64,000 nucleotides of DNA, taken from positions 571-64,570 of IMG/VR virus record IMGVR_UViG_3300009182_000063. One strand, 5' to 3'. The position numbers and the translations under genes were made by a program. Numbering within the stretch: the first letter of the stretch is position 1; each line of letters starts with the position of its first letter. Below the pieces are notes generated by a model. The model had not been told where the DNA came from, ran no database searches, and saw only the letters and a program-made list of their open reading frames with translations. The stretch is from a virus (Duplodnaviria > Caudoviricetes). This document shows, in pieces, positions 1 to 8,045 of the stretch.

Positions 1-330
1 ACTTTTATGGATCCAACTGAGTTGGCAAGTGGTGATGAAGAAAAGATGGTTGAGATTCTAAACAAATCTTACAAGTTGTCTGAGTTCTTAGATCGTAAAA
101 ACTTCAAATCTTTTGAAGAACTGACTAAAAAACTGTCAGATGTGTTAGATGGTGAAGGAACACCTGTTAAGTCAGCTGCTTCTTTGTCTGAAGACGACAA
201 CTATGTTGCTCCAAAGTCAACTGCCACTACTGTAGCATCAAAGCCAGTAACAGTTTCTAAAGCAGCTGAAGTTAATGATGATGACGAAGATGTCATGTCT
301 TACTTTCAGAAAATTGCTGACGAAGCATAA
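1..330 (+). CDS. gp32: ssDNA-binding protein gp32, C-terminal part (gene starts before the window)
   Basis: Frame open from base 1; acidic C-terminal tail ending DDDEDVMSYFQKIADEA, as in gp32 of cyanophage-type T4-like phages; FKSFEELTKKL motif. Confidence 0.85.
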   Translation, partial: TFMDPTELASGDEEKMVEILNKSYKLSEFLDRKNFKSFEELTKKLSDVLDGEGTPVKSAASLSEDDNYVAPKSTATTVASKPVTVSKAAEVNDDDEDVMSYFQKIADEA

Positions 331-348
331 TTAGTTTTAAACTAAAAG

Positions 349-374
349 AAAAGGGATCTTCGGATCCCTTTTTT
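349..374. terminator. Bidirectional intrinsic terminator with C(UUCG)G tetraloop
   Basis: AAAAGGGATC-TTCG-GATCCCTTTT perfect stem with A-tract before and T-tract after, between convergent genes; UUCG loops are typical of T4-like terminators. Confidence 0.92.
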
Positions 375-376
375 CA

Positions 377-2431
377 TTAGTAGCGTGCATCAATATACTT
401 ACTTACGCTTGAGTCTTGATTTCTTGGTGGAGTTCTAATATCAGTTTTCCCTCCACCATTATTGTTAATTGTTGTTGATGGAGCATTAACAACATTTGTA
501 TTGGCACCAGATTTAGCTGTCTTTAATTCTTCATTGCCTTTAGATGCAGTTTGTAAATTTTCACCACTGCTTGATGGACCAGGAGTTACTGTACTGGCCA
601 TTCCTTTCTTTAGACCCTCATTTTGTTTCTGATCTATCGCACGATCTATCAACTCAAGTTTGCTTTGAAACATTTCTTCTGAATCTGAATCGCCTGGAAT
701 TGATGGACCATCTTTTACTGTCTGTTTTTTAAATTTTTGTAAGTCATCAAGAGACATCTTTTTAATCTCATCAGGTTTGACTTCATCTTTTTTCTTGTCA
801 TCTCCGCCACCGAAGAAACCTTTGATTGATTTGTATCCTGAGGTAAGTGCACCACCAACTTTTTCTCCGACTTTACTACCACCATAGTATCCTAAAGCAC
901 CACCAATCAGACCACCAACAGCAGTACCAACGATAGGTACTACTGAACCAATCGCTGCTCCTGCAGCAGCACCAGCAAGAGCACCACCTGCTCCACCGAC
1001 ACCACCTCCAACTGCTTCACCTTTCTTAACATCGGTCTTATCGCTGACTTCTGCTTTCATTTTCTTGGCATCGGCTTCGCTAATCTCACCTTTGGCAACT
1101 CTAGCATCAATTGCTTGATTTTGTTCACCCTCAGCAGCATTCGCATCTTGCCATCCTGAGTATGCTTCGTACGCACCCATACCAACAGCAGCCACTGAAC
1201 CAAGCAATCTTCCACCGCCACCCTTTAAGAATCTTGCTGCTTTACTGCCTAGACTCTTTCCTCCTGCTTTTCCTGCAGCCTTACCACCTTCTTTTCCAGG
1301 TAAGTTATCTGCGATATCTAGAGCAGTGTCAACAACACTTGGACCACCAGCATCTGAACCACCACCAGCACCACCAGACTCTGACATTTTAGTCAAAGCA
1401 GCAAGTTGTTGTTTTTGTATGTCTAGGGAAAGAGCAAGTGTTTTTCCAATTTCGTGTTCAGCATTTACTTGTTCAACATTTCCTTTAATATTTTCTGCTG
1501 ATACTTTTGAAGATTTTTCTTTTTCTTCTTCAATTTGTGTATGTGGAACTTCTTTCGATTTAATGTCTATAACATTATTTTCTATTTCTTTCTTAGTAGC
1601 TCTGCGAGGTTTAGTTGTAACATCTTTCGCCTCAACATCTATAACATTATCTTTTATTTCTTTCTTAGTAGCTCTGCGAGGTTTTTTCGTATCTACTGCT
1701 GGTTCTTCTTTTATTGCTGCTTGTAATCTTGTATCAACTTTAACAAGTTCACCAGTTTTTTTGTCTAGATCTTCCTGGTCTTTCTTTAGCGGAGCAAACC
1801 CAGCTGCTTTAGCATCTTCAATTTTCTCATGCACTTTTGTTACAGCTGCTTCTTTTTCTTTGATTGTGTCGAATCTTTTCTCAGCTTCAGCTTTGGCAAT
1901 TGCTCTGCCTTCAGGTGTTTTCATTCCACCAGCGAAGTTTGCTTTTCTTGCATAAATTGTTGGATCATGCTTCATAGCATCTTCAACAAATGCCTTCTTT
2001 TCTTCTTTTAATGCTTTTTTATCTTCACGCTTTTTTAATTGGTTACTAATAAAACCAGTAAATCCAGTAACACTTGTACTTTGAACTTCTTCGTGGCTCT
2101 TTCCACCAAGAAGGAACTGTCTGAGCCCACTATTTGCTCCAGCACCCTTTGATCTTAGTTCATCATCATTTTTAATTTTATTTCCAACGGCAGCACCGAG
2201 ACCATTCTTAATTGCTTCTTTAAGTGTGGCATTTAACTTAGTTAAACTCTCAGTTACTTGTTCTTCACGTTTCTTTTTAAATTCTTCATCATTTGCTGCT
2301 TTAACATTTTGCTCAGATAACTTCTTAACATCAAGGGATAAATTTTGAGTTGCCTGTGTATGTACCTGAAGAGCAGACGTATTTTTCTTTGTCTGCTCAG
2401 CTTGTATCTTAAGAAGTTCTTGCATTGTCAT
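377..2431 (-). CDS. Putative tape-measure / baseplate hub protein (gp29-like), 684 aa
   Basis: Long helical K/E/A-rich N-half; glycine-zipper segment GGALAGAAAGAAIGSVVPIVGTAVGGLIGGALG typical of tape measures; lies directly downstream of gp26/gp51-like genes. Confidence 0.55.
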   Translation of the reverse strand: MTMQELLKIQAEQTKKNTSALQVHTQATQNLSLDVKKLSEQNVKAANDEEFKKKREEQVTESLTKLNATLKEAIKNGLGAAVGNKIKNDDELRSKGAGANSGLRQFLLGGKSHEEVQSTSVTGFTGFISNQLKKREDKKALKEEKKAFVEDAMKHDPTIYARKANFAGGMKTPEGRAIAKAEAEKRFDTIKEKEAAVTKVHEKIEDAKAAGFAPLKKDQEDLDKKTGELVKVDTRLQAAIKEEPAVDTKKPRRATKKEIKDNVIDVEAKDVTTKPRRATKKEIENNVIDIKSKEVPHTQIEEEKEKSSKVSAENIKGNVEQVNAEHEIGKTLALSLDIQKQQLAALTKMSESGGAGGGSDAGGPSVVDTALDIADNLPGKEGGKAAGKAGGKSLGSKAARFLKGGGGRLLGSVAAVGMGAYEAYSGWQDANAAEGEQNQAIDARVAKGEISEADAKKMKAEVSDKTDVKKGEAVGGGVGGAGGALAGAAAGAAIGSVVPIVGTAVGGLIGGALGYYGGSKVGEKVGGALTSGYKSIKGFFGGGDDKKKDEVKPDEIKKMSLDDLQKFKKQTVKDGPSIPGDSDSEEMFQSKLELIDRAIDQKQNEGLKKGMASTVTPGPSSSGENLQTASKGNEELKTAKSGANTNVVNAPSTTINNNGGGKTDIRTPPRNQDSSVSKYIDARY
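1569..1684. repeat. 72-bp-period tandem duplication inside the tape-measure-like gene
   Basis: ATAACATTAT..T.TATTTCTTTCTTAGTAGCTCTGCGAGGTTT at about 1569 and 1641; encodes KPRRATKKEI(K/E)(D/N)NVID twice. Confidence 0.85.
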
Positions 2432-2432
2432 G

Positions 2433-2612
2433 TTACTGTTTTCTCTCTAATCTTTGTTTTTCTTCTTCTAAGAATTCAACCAGCAAGGCAACATAAATCT
2501 CCCTTTCGAAAGGGATCATATCTTCAATCTCAGTCAGAGAATATTTGTGATATTGCATCAGGGCGAAGTTGGTTTTATAGTAATTACCCAACGACTCGTG
2601 ACTGAGATTTAC
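2433..2612 (-). CDS. gp51: gp51-like baseplate hub assembly protein (short form, missing from the ORF track); first ATG at 2558, frame open back through the gp26 stop
   Basis: Manual translation: VNLSHESLGNYYKTNFALMQYHKYSLTEIEDMIPFEREIYVALLVEFLEEEKQRLERKQ*; matches the short gp51 form of cyanophage-type T4-likes. Confidence 0.85.
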   Translation of the reverse strand, partial: VNLSHESLGNYYKTNFALMQYHKYSLTEIEDMIPFEREIYVALLVEFLEEEKQRLERKQ

Positions 2613-3322
2613 TAAAAAAAACTGGCTGTTCCCTCCAGAGTTGTTTTATTATGTGCTTTACAAGCAGGACAGTCGTATTCAATATCTTTTTTAAACTTTG
2701 GAATACTAACAAAGAACTCTTCAATCTTGTCGAATTGTTCTTTTGTTAAGTTTAATATAAACTCTTCAAGTTCTTGTCTTGTCTGTTCTTTGGCATAAAA
2801 CATCTCATCGCCATTGTAAATTGAATCAATACAATCAATTATAACTTCCATAATTGCATTAATATCTTCTTCCATACCTTCTGCCTTGTTAAAGGTGTCA
2901 AGATTAGGATAGTGCATAATTACACCACACTCATCAAAAAGATGTATTTTATTTGAGTGGGCTGGATCTTTAATAACATCAATAGTAGTTAAATCAATTC
3001 CAAGTTTTACTTTATTCTTTTCTTGATCACAGTGCATGCAAGTAAAAATTAAGTCAACAGTTTCACCAACTGACTTGGCTCTAATTTGTGTGAACAGATA
3101 ATCAATATCAAAAATTGCCAAGGAATTAACATTAATTTCTTCTTGAACACAATTAGATATAATTTCTTTTAGTGTGCGTACCATAACTTCAGAGTTTTCG
3201 CTCTGCTGCGCAAGTAGTAGTGCTTTTTCTTCTCTAACCAAAAATGGTCTGAATGATACTTTCTTTTCTGTAGAAGGAATCTTTACAGAGTATAGTGCGG
3301 TTTTCATCATAGGTAATGACAT
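2612..3322 (-). CDS. gp26: Baseplate hub assembly protein gp26
   Basis: RPFLVREEKALLLA, FDIDYLFTQIRAKSVGE, two CxxC pairs, C-terminal LEGTASFF. Confidence 0.9.
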   Translation of the reverse strand: MSLPMMKTALYSVKIPSTEKKVSFRPFLVREEKALLLAQQSENSEVMVRTLKEIISNCVQEEINVNSLAIFDIDYLFTQIRAKSVGETVDLIFTCMHCDQEKNKVKLGIDLTTIDVIKDPAHSNKIHLFDECGVIMHYPNLDTFNKAEGMEEDINAIMEVIIDCIDSIYNGDEMFYAKEQTRQELEEFILNLTKEQFDKIEEFFVSIPKFKKDIEYDCPACKAHNKTTLEGTASFF

Positions 3323-3325
3323 AGT

Positions 3326-3742
3326 TCAATCTCCTTTATTCATTTTATCGATTAATTTGTTCAATTCACTTGTGCTACCAACAAAGATAGCATTGTTTGT
3401 TACATTTTTAGCAGTAACTTTTGGTTCATCAATTTTCTGTTTCTGTTGATGTAGATCCATCAACTGACTATTGATATCTGCCACCTGTTTCATTAAGTTT
3501 CCAACTACCTCAAATGCTCTTGGGTGTTCAGATTGTTTTGCCACCGCAAGAGCATTTGTTAAAGCATCTTCACCTTTTGTCAACAAGTTTAAAAGATTGG
3601 CTCTGGTTTTATCGTAATCAGATTCAATCTTTTGTTCTTGTGATTCTATAATTTCTCCAGTTTCGGCAACTATCAATTCACCTGTTACCTTTTCAATTGG
3701 AGTCATATTAAAGATCTCACTCAAGTTATCATCAATTTTCAT
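3326..3742 (-). CDS. gp16: Terminase small subunit gp16 (start re-assigned to MKIDDNL)
   Basis: DYDKTRANL, SEHPRAFEVVGNLMKQVAD, TNNAIFVGSTSELNKL are hallmark motifs of cyanophage-type gp16. Confidence 0.85.
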   Translation of the reverse strand: MKIDDNLSEIFNMTPIEKVTGELIVAETGEIIESQEQKIESDYDKTRANLLNLLTKGEDALTNALAVAKQSEHPRAFEVVGNLMKQVADINSQLMDLHQQKQKIDEPKVTAKNVTNNAIFVGSTSELNKLIDKMNKGD

Positions 3743-3746
3743 TTTA

Positions 3747-4388
3747 TTATATTGTACCTTCAGAGTCGATTCCATCGCTTCTAGTATTTCTAGTAGGTGG
3801 ATCATCAGGGTGTAAACCTAAGTCTACTGATGGGTTGGCAGCTGTGTTGGTAACTGGCGCAGCCATTGCTGCTGGACTAGTTGCGCCTTGGCTGAAAGGT
3901 GCTGGACTTGCTCCGAAACTACCTGCGCCTGGAGTTGGTGAACTAAAACCACCACCTGCGAATCCTCCTGTTTGAGGTGCGCTAAATGCTGGTGCGCTGC
4001 CCATTGGTGAATTGAATCCGACATTTCCTGCTCCTCCAAATCCACCTGTTGACATACCAGCTCCCATTCCTGATGGAACACCAGTCATATTGGTATTTGT
4101 AGTTTGTGTAGTTGCTGTTGGATTAGCAGCTGTTCCTGCTAATTTTTCTTGAGTGCGACCGAACGCAGCGATACCAAGAACAGCACCCATGGCGATATGG
4201 AATAAACCAGCACCTTGAAGTGTTAGTGGATTCCACTGCACTAATTGTTGATGTGAAAGAGATTGAATTAATGCCCAAAGAATTGGGAAAATAACCATAT
4301 CAAAGAAACATACTATCATGTACATCCATCCCATGGCTGGACGCCATTTCTTTTGCATCCAATCTTCGTCTTTTTTAATTTCTGCCAT
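3747..4388 (-). CDS. Holin-like membrane protein (GTA 3TM holin-like) with a long G/A/P/S low-complexity tail
   Basis: WRPAMGWMYMIVCFFD and GLFHIAMGAVLGIAAFGRTQEK hydrophobic segments; start MAEIKK has an AAGGAA RBS. Confidence 0.6.
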   Translation of the reverse strand: MAEIKKDEDWMQKKWRPAMGWMYMIVCFFDMVIFPILWALIQSLSHQQLVQWNPLTLQGAGLFHIAMGAVLGIAAFGRTQEKLAGTAANPTATTQTTNTNMTGVPSGMGAGMSTGGFGGAGNVGFNSPMGSAPAFSAPQTGGFAGGGFSSPTPGAGSFGASPAPFSQGATSPAAMAAPVTNTAANPSVDLGLHPDDPPTRNTRSDGIDSEGTI

Positions 4389-4398
4389 TTTGGTTCCT

Positions 4399-5235
4399 TT
4401 AAGAGAAATCGTTCCAAACATCAGTTAAAACATTTTGTGTTGTACCACGCAATGTGTTTAACCCCTCATCTCTTTTCGAGTTTATACTTGACATTAAATT
4501 CTGTTGAGCATTTGCTTGAAACGAATTAATATCAGAAAAGTATTCCTGTGGTATTTGTTGTATTTTGTAGATATCTGGTTGAATCGCTGCCATTTGATTT
4601 AATCCTCTACCAACAGCATCTGCTTGTTGTATTGGCTGACCATCTGCGCCTATTTGTTGCGCTGGTTGTAAACCAGATAGCAGAGTATTTTCATTACCAA
4701 CAGGCGCATCAATTGCTACGTAATTCCAATACTTATACTGTAGAGTTACAGACAGTTTCATAATATCTTTTCCAGCATAATCTAATTGTATTGAACCAAC
4801 ATTTTTTGGCCATACTTCATATAACGTAACTTGGTATCTTGATTGATCTAAAGTGTCTTGAACAAGAATCTGCATTTGTTTACATACATACTCATCATAG
4901 TATTTAAATGTTCTTTCGTTTCCATTCTGTATACTTGTAATCCAATTATCAAACCAAGACTTAACATGCATCTTTTGGTCTACATAAAACGATAGTGTTA
5001 CTGGTTCATAATTGAACTCTGTAGGTGTTTCGCGAACCTCTCCAAAAATTCTAATTGGAGTAGCGTTGACTTGTAGTCCAGGAAGAGATGCCTGGTCACA
5101 GAATAACAGTAAAGTTTTAAATGGAGTAATACCATTAACTGCTCTTGCAGATGAAGGTATGTCCATAACTACCGAGAACCTATTTGTTCTGGCCATTCCC
5201 GATGACATCGACGAAACGAAGTCGCTAATTTTCAT
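4399..5235 (-). CDS. Tail-tube-fold baseplate protein (gp54-like tube initiator)
   Basis: GMARTNRFSV, CDQASLPG, VTLYEVWPKNVGSIQLDY, LSVTLQYKYW: gp19/gp54 superfamily pattern. Confidence 0.7.
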   Translation of the reverse strand: MKISDFVSSMSSGMARTNRFSVVMDIPSSARAVNGITPFKTLLLFCDQASLPGLQVNATPIRIFGEVRETPTEFNYEPVTLSFYVDQKMHVKSWFDNWITSIQNGNERTFKYYDEYVCKQMQILVQDTLDQSRYQVTLYEVWPKNVGSIQLDYAGKDIMKLSVTLQYKYWNYVAIDAPVGNENTLLSGLQPAQQIGADGQPIQQADAVGRGLNQMAAIQPDIYKIQQIPQEYFSDINSFQANAQQNLMSSINSKRDEGLNTLRGTTQNVLTDVWNDFS

Positions 5236-5831
5236 ATCTTTTTCCTAGATTCTGACCAGACATATTCTTTAGATGCCTTAGTAAATCTCTCTACAGGTAA
5301 CATCATTGCTGTTGTCCAATCATCTGCTGGTACATTTACCATTGGAGATTTTAAGTGATTTGTTAGATATCTCTTTACACATGGTTTGGCTAAATTGAAT
5401 TTAGACACACCATCTATCAGTGACCATGAATAACGCAACTTTGTTGTGGTATCCATTTTATCGTTGTTTGCGAATACCATTAATCTATCCATTAAAATTA
5501 TTCTTAATCTGTGTGGAAGATAGTGCATATTCAAACCAATAAATCCATCTTCAGTTTTCCTGAAAGGAAATACCAGAGGAAATTTGTCATAGTATGGTAA
5601 CTCTTTCTTTAACTTTGGATCATACAAAAACATGTATAATTTTCCTGGAGTTAAAGAGTTTGGACTCTTAACATTGGCTGGATCATTGTTAATGATCATT
5701 TGTGGCGTGATCCGCTTCTTGCTCAGAAGCAGTGCCTGTTGTTCAAACCATGTCTTAGACTTTTTCGCTATCGAAGGATCGTAGCGATACTTGTCAAAGA
5801 TATCCTGTAACTGTGATTTATTAGTAGCCAT
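5232..5831 (-). CDS. gp2: DNA end protector protein gp2
   Basis: PGKLYMFLYDPKLKKELPYYDKFPLVF, GFIGLNMHYLP, CVKRYL, VWSESR. Confidence 0.92.
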   Translation of the reverse strand: MATNKSQLQDIFDKYRYDPSIAKKSKTWFEQQALLLSKKRITPQMIINNDPANVKSPNSLTPGKLYMFLYDPKLKKELPYYDKFPLVFPFRKTEDGFIGLNMHYLPHRLRIILMDRLMVFANNDKMDTTTKLRYSWSLIDGVSKFNLAKPCVKRYLTNHLKSPMVNVPADDWTTAMMLPVERFTKASKEYVWSESRKKI

Positions 5832-5836
5832 AAGTA

Positions 5837-5844
5837 TATTTATA
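5837..5844 (-). promoter_or_regulatory. T4-type late promoter TATAAATA, 5 nt upstream of the gp2 ATG
   Basis: TATTTATA on the + strand, exact consensus on the - strand. Confidence 0.7.
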
Positions 5845-6274
5845 GTCCTAATTCATGTTCGGTCAGCTTTATAAACTCCCAACCTCTTTCTTTGGCATAC
5901 TGTGTGGCAGCAGTCCACTTAGATTGATTTTTGATATAGGCAAATGACTCTTGAAGATAACGCTGAGTCTGCTTTCCAGGATATACAGGTGGGATTGTTT
6001 GTTTGTAAGGTTTAATCTCTACAAGGTATGTTTTTACATTTCCTGTAGTTTCTTTAACCTGTATCTTAAAATCAACAAAATAACGATGAATCTGATTATC
6101 CGTTCCACAACGATACGGAATAATGGTTTCCTCTGAGACCCACTTAATTACACTTGGATTTACATCGCACCAGTTGGCAAATCTCGTCTCCCAACTGGAT
6201 CTCATAATGATATTTGTTGGATCACCAGAGTATTTTTGTGGGGTTGTAGGTGTAAACTTTCTTTTATGGAACAT
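5840..6274 (-). CDS. gp4: Head completion nuclease gp4 (start re-assigned to MFHKRKF)
   Basis: KYSGDPTNIIMRSSWE, WVSEETIIPY, HRYFVDF, LVEIKP, NQSKW, LTEHEL (TnsA-like PD-(D/E)XK fold). Confidence 0.92.
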   Translation of the reverse strand: MFHKRKFTPTTPQKYSGDPTNIIMRSSWETRFANWCDVNPSVIKWVSEETIIPYRCGTDNQIHRYFVDFKIQVKETTGNVKTYLVEIKPYKQTIPPVYPGKQTQRYLQESFAYIKNQSKWTAATQYAKERGWEFIKLTEHELGL

Positions 6275-6307
6275 AAATATACTATAACAATCTAATTCAC
6301 TATTTAG
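6272..6307. promoter_or_regulatory. Divergent late-promoter-like elements between gp4 and gp48
   Basis: CATAAATA at 6272-6279 (+) and CTAAATA on the - strand at 6301-6307. Confidence 0.55.
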
Positions 6308-6315
6308 AGAAAAAC

Positions 6316-7545
6316 ATGGCAGATAATTTGCAACCAAATAAACTGAATCCAACGATTGGCGCACCAAAAGACTTTTTGGCCAGTGCTTATAAAATCGATC
6401 AGTTTCAATACCCACAAGACCTATACTCAAATAATCGAGAGTATGGTGGGAATTATGTTATTTTCTATATCAATGTGGCTGAGGATTCAAGAATATTGAA
6501 AGTTAATAATGAACCGACTGTAGATCCTTCTCTAGTTCCACCAAGATATCGTGGCGATATTGCCGCAAGCGACTATAATTATCTTCAAACAGTTGCTGGC
6601 ACTGCTGGTATGGCAGTGGCAACTGGAGCAGTTGCTGGTCTCGGTGCTGGTATTCTTAATGCTGGTTCAGCAGCAACAGCTGCCGCTGCCAATGCCCATG
6701 CCACAAATGCTGCAAACAAAAGAGCAGGAATTAGAAATGTATCTAAACAAAGTGGAACAAGAGCAGCCCTTGGAGCTGCTGCTCGTAGTGTTGTTGGTGG
6801 AACACTGAAAGGTGCTGCAGCAGTTGCGGGAACTGTTGGTGTGGCAGGCGCAATCGGTACTACGGCAGTTAGTGCCATGGTTGGTGGAAAACTTGGTCGT
6901 CAACAGAAAAGATTACAAAAAGCAATTGCACTTCATGTTCCGAATCAATTAAGTGTTAGATATACAATGGATTGGTCGGCAGAAGATACTGCTGAATATC
7001 AAATGGGTGCCAGTGGTATAACTGATATGGTAAAAGCAGCTACTGGTGGTGGTATTGCCATGGCCACGGGAACTGTCGGTGCTATTATTGGAGCACTTGC
7101 ACTAACTAAAGGTCCAGGCGCAGCAGGTCTTTCAGCTGCTTCTGGCTTGGCAGCAAATCCAAAGAAAGAAAATCTATTCAAGTCTGTTCAGTTTAGATCG
7201 TTTACTTTTGATTATAAATTCTTTCCAAGAAATTCGTCAGAAGCACAAAATGTTCTAAACATTATTCAGGAATTTAAAATGCATATGCACCCTGAATATA
7301 AAGACAGCAACAGTTTCGTGTTTATTTTTCCGTCTGAGTTTGATATTTCTTACTATAATGGTGGAACAGAAAACATGAAATTACATCGCCATACTTCTTG
7401 TGTCTTAACAGATATGAATGTAAACTATACACCAAATAGTATGTTTAATGCATTTGATGATGGAATGCCAACTCAAATTGATGTTCAGTTATCATTTAAA
7501 GAAATGGCTATTCTTACCAAACAACAAATTCAGGATGGATTCTAA
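6316..7545 (+). CDS. gp48: Baseplate tail tube cap gp48
   Basis: QYPQDL, IALHVPNQL, NPKKENLFKSVQFRSFTFDYKFFPRN..EA, FIFPSEFDI, CVLTDMNVNYTP, LSFKEM. Confidence 0.88.
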   Translation: MADNLQPNKLNPTIGAPKDFLASAYKIDQFQYPQDLYSNNREYGGNYVIFYINVAEDSRILKVNNEPTVDPSLVPPRYRGDIAASDYNYLQTVAGTAGMAVATGAVAGLGAGILNAGSAATAAAANAHATNAANKRAGIRNVSKQSGTRAALGAAARSVVGGTLKGAAAVAGTVGVAGAIGTTAVSAMVGGKLGRQQKRLQKAIALHVPNQLSVRYTMDWSAEDTAEYQMGASGITDMVKAATGGGIAMATGTVGAIIGALALTKGPGAAGLSAASGLAANPKKENLFKSVQFRSFTFDYKFFPRNSSEAQNVLNIIQEFKMHMHPEYKDSNSFVFIFPSEFDISYYNGGTENMKLHRHTSCVLTDMNVNYTPNSMFNAFDDGMPTQIDVQLSFKEMAILTKQQIQDGF

Positions 7546-8045
7546 TGTACTTCGCAAGGATGCCCTTAATCTATTACGATTTCCAAGACAAAGATGGAAA
7601 TCCAGTTGTAAGAGTCTTAAAAGATATTACAACAAATGTTCGTATTATTAAACAAGAATTACAAAACATTTCCGTATATGACACATATGATATTGTTGAC
7701 GACGAAACACCTGAAATAATTTCAACTAAAGTTTATGGTACTCCAAAGTATCACTGGGTTCTTATGATTATGAATGATATCTATGATTACAGAAACGACC
7801 TACCATTAAATTACAACACTCTTACACAGTATGTTACAGACAAGTATGGTTCTGGTAATGCTTACGCAATCCATCATTGGATTAATTCTGATGAGATGAT
7901 TGTAAATTCTACTTATCCAGGCGCAACTTCTGTATCAAACTTTCAGTATGAAGAAAGTGTAAACGAATCTAAACGAAGAATAAGACTTTTATCTAAACCT
8001 GTCTTAGATACTGTAGTAAGACAATATAGTGCGATGTTTGCTTAA
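7545..8045 (+). CDS. gp53: Baseplate wedge subunit gp53
   Basis: MYFARMPLIYY, ETPEIISTKVYG..YHWVLMIMNDI, YEESVNESKRRIRLL. Confidence 0.9.
   Translation: MYFARMPLIYYDFQDKDGNPVVRVLKDITTNVRIIKQELQNISVYDTYDIVDDETPEIISTKVYGTPKYHWVLMIMNDIYDYRNDLPLNYNTLTQYVTDKYGSGNAYAIHHWINSDEMIVNSTYPGATSVSNFQYEESVNESKRRIRLLSKPVLDTVVRQYSAMFA

Noticed and set aside
544-2011. Plus-strand ORFs opposite the tape-measure-like gene, and the many other short nested or antisense ORFs in the track
   Set aside because: Shadow frames of long genes with biased codon use; no RBS or recognisable motifs.
2345-2605. 86-aa plus-strand ORF in the gap between the tape-measure-like gene and gp26
   Set aside because: The minus strand here encodes the recognisable gp51-like sequence.
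6275-6430. N-terminal extension of gp4 overlapping gp48 (likewise the extended starts given for 3805, 4421, 39447, 43601, 46703, 47933, 51043, 53234 and 54735)
   Set aside because: Longest-ORF artefacts; family similarity and RBS positions indicate the downstream starts used in the feature list.
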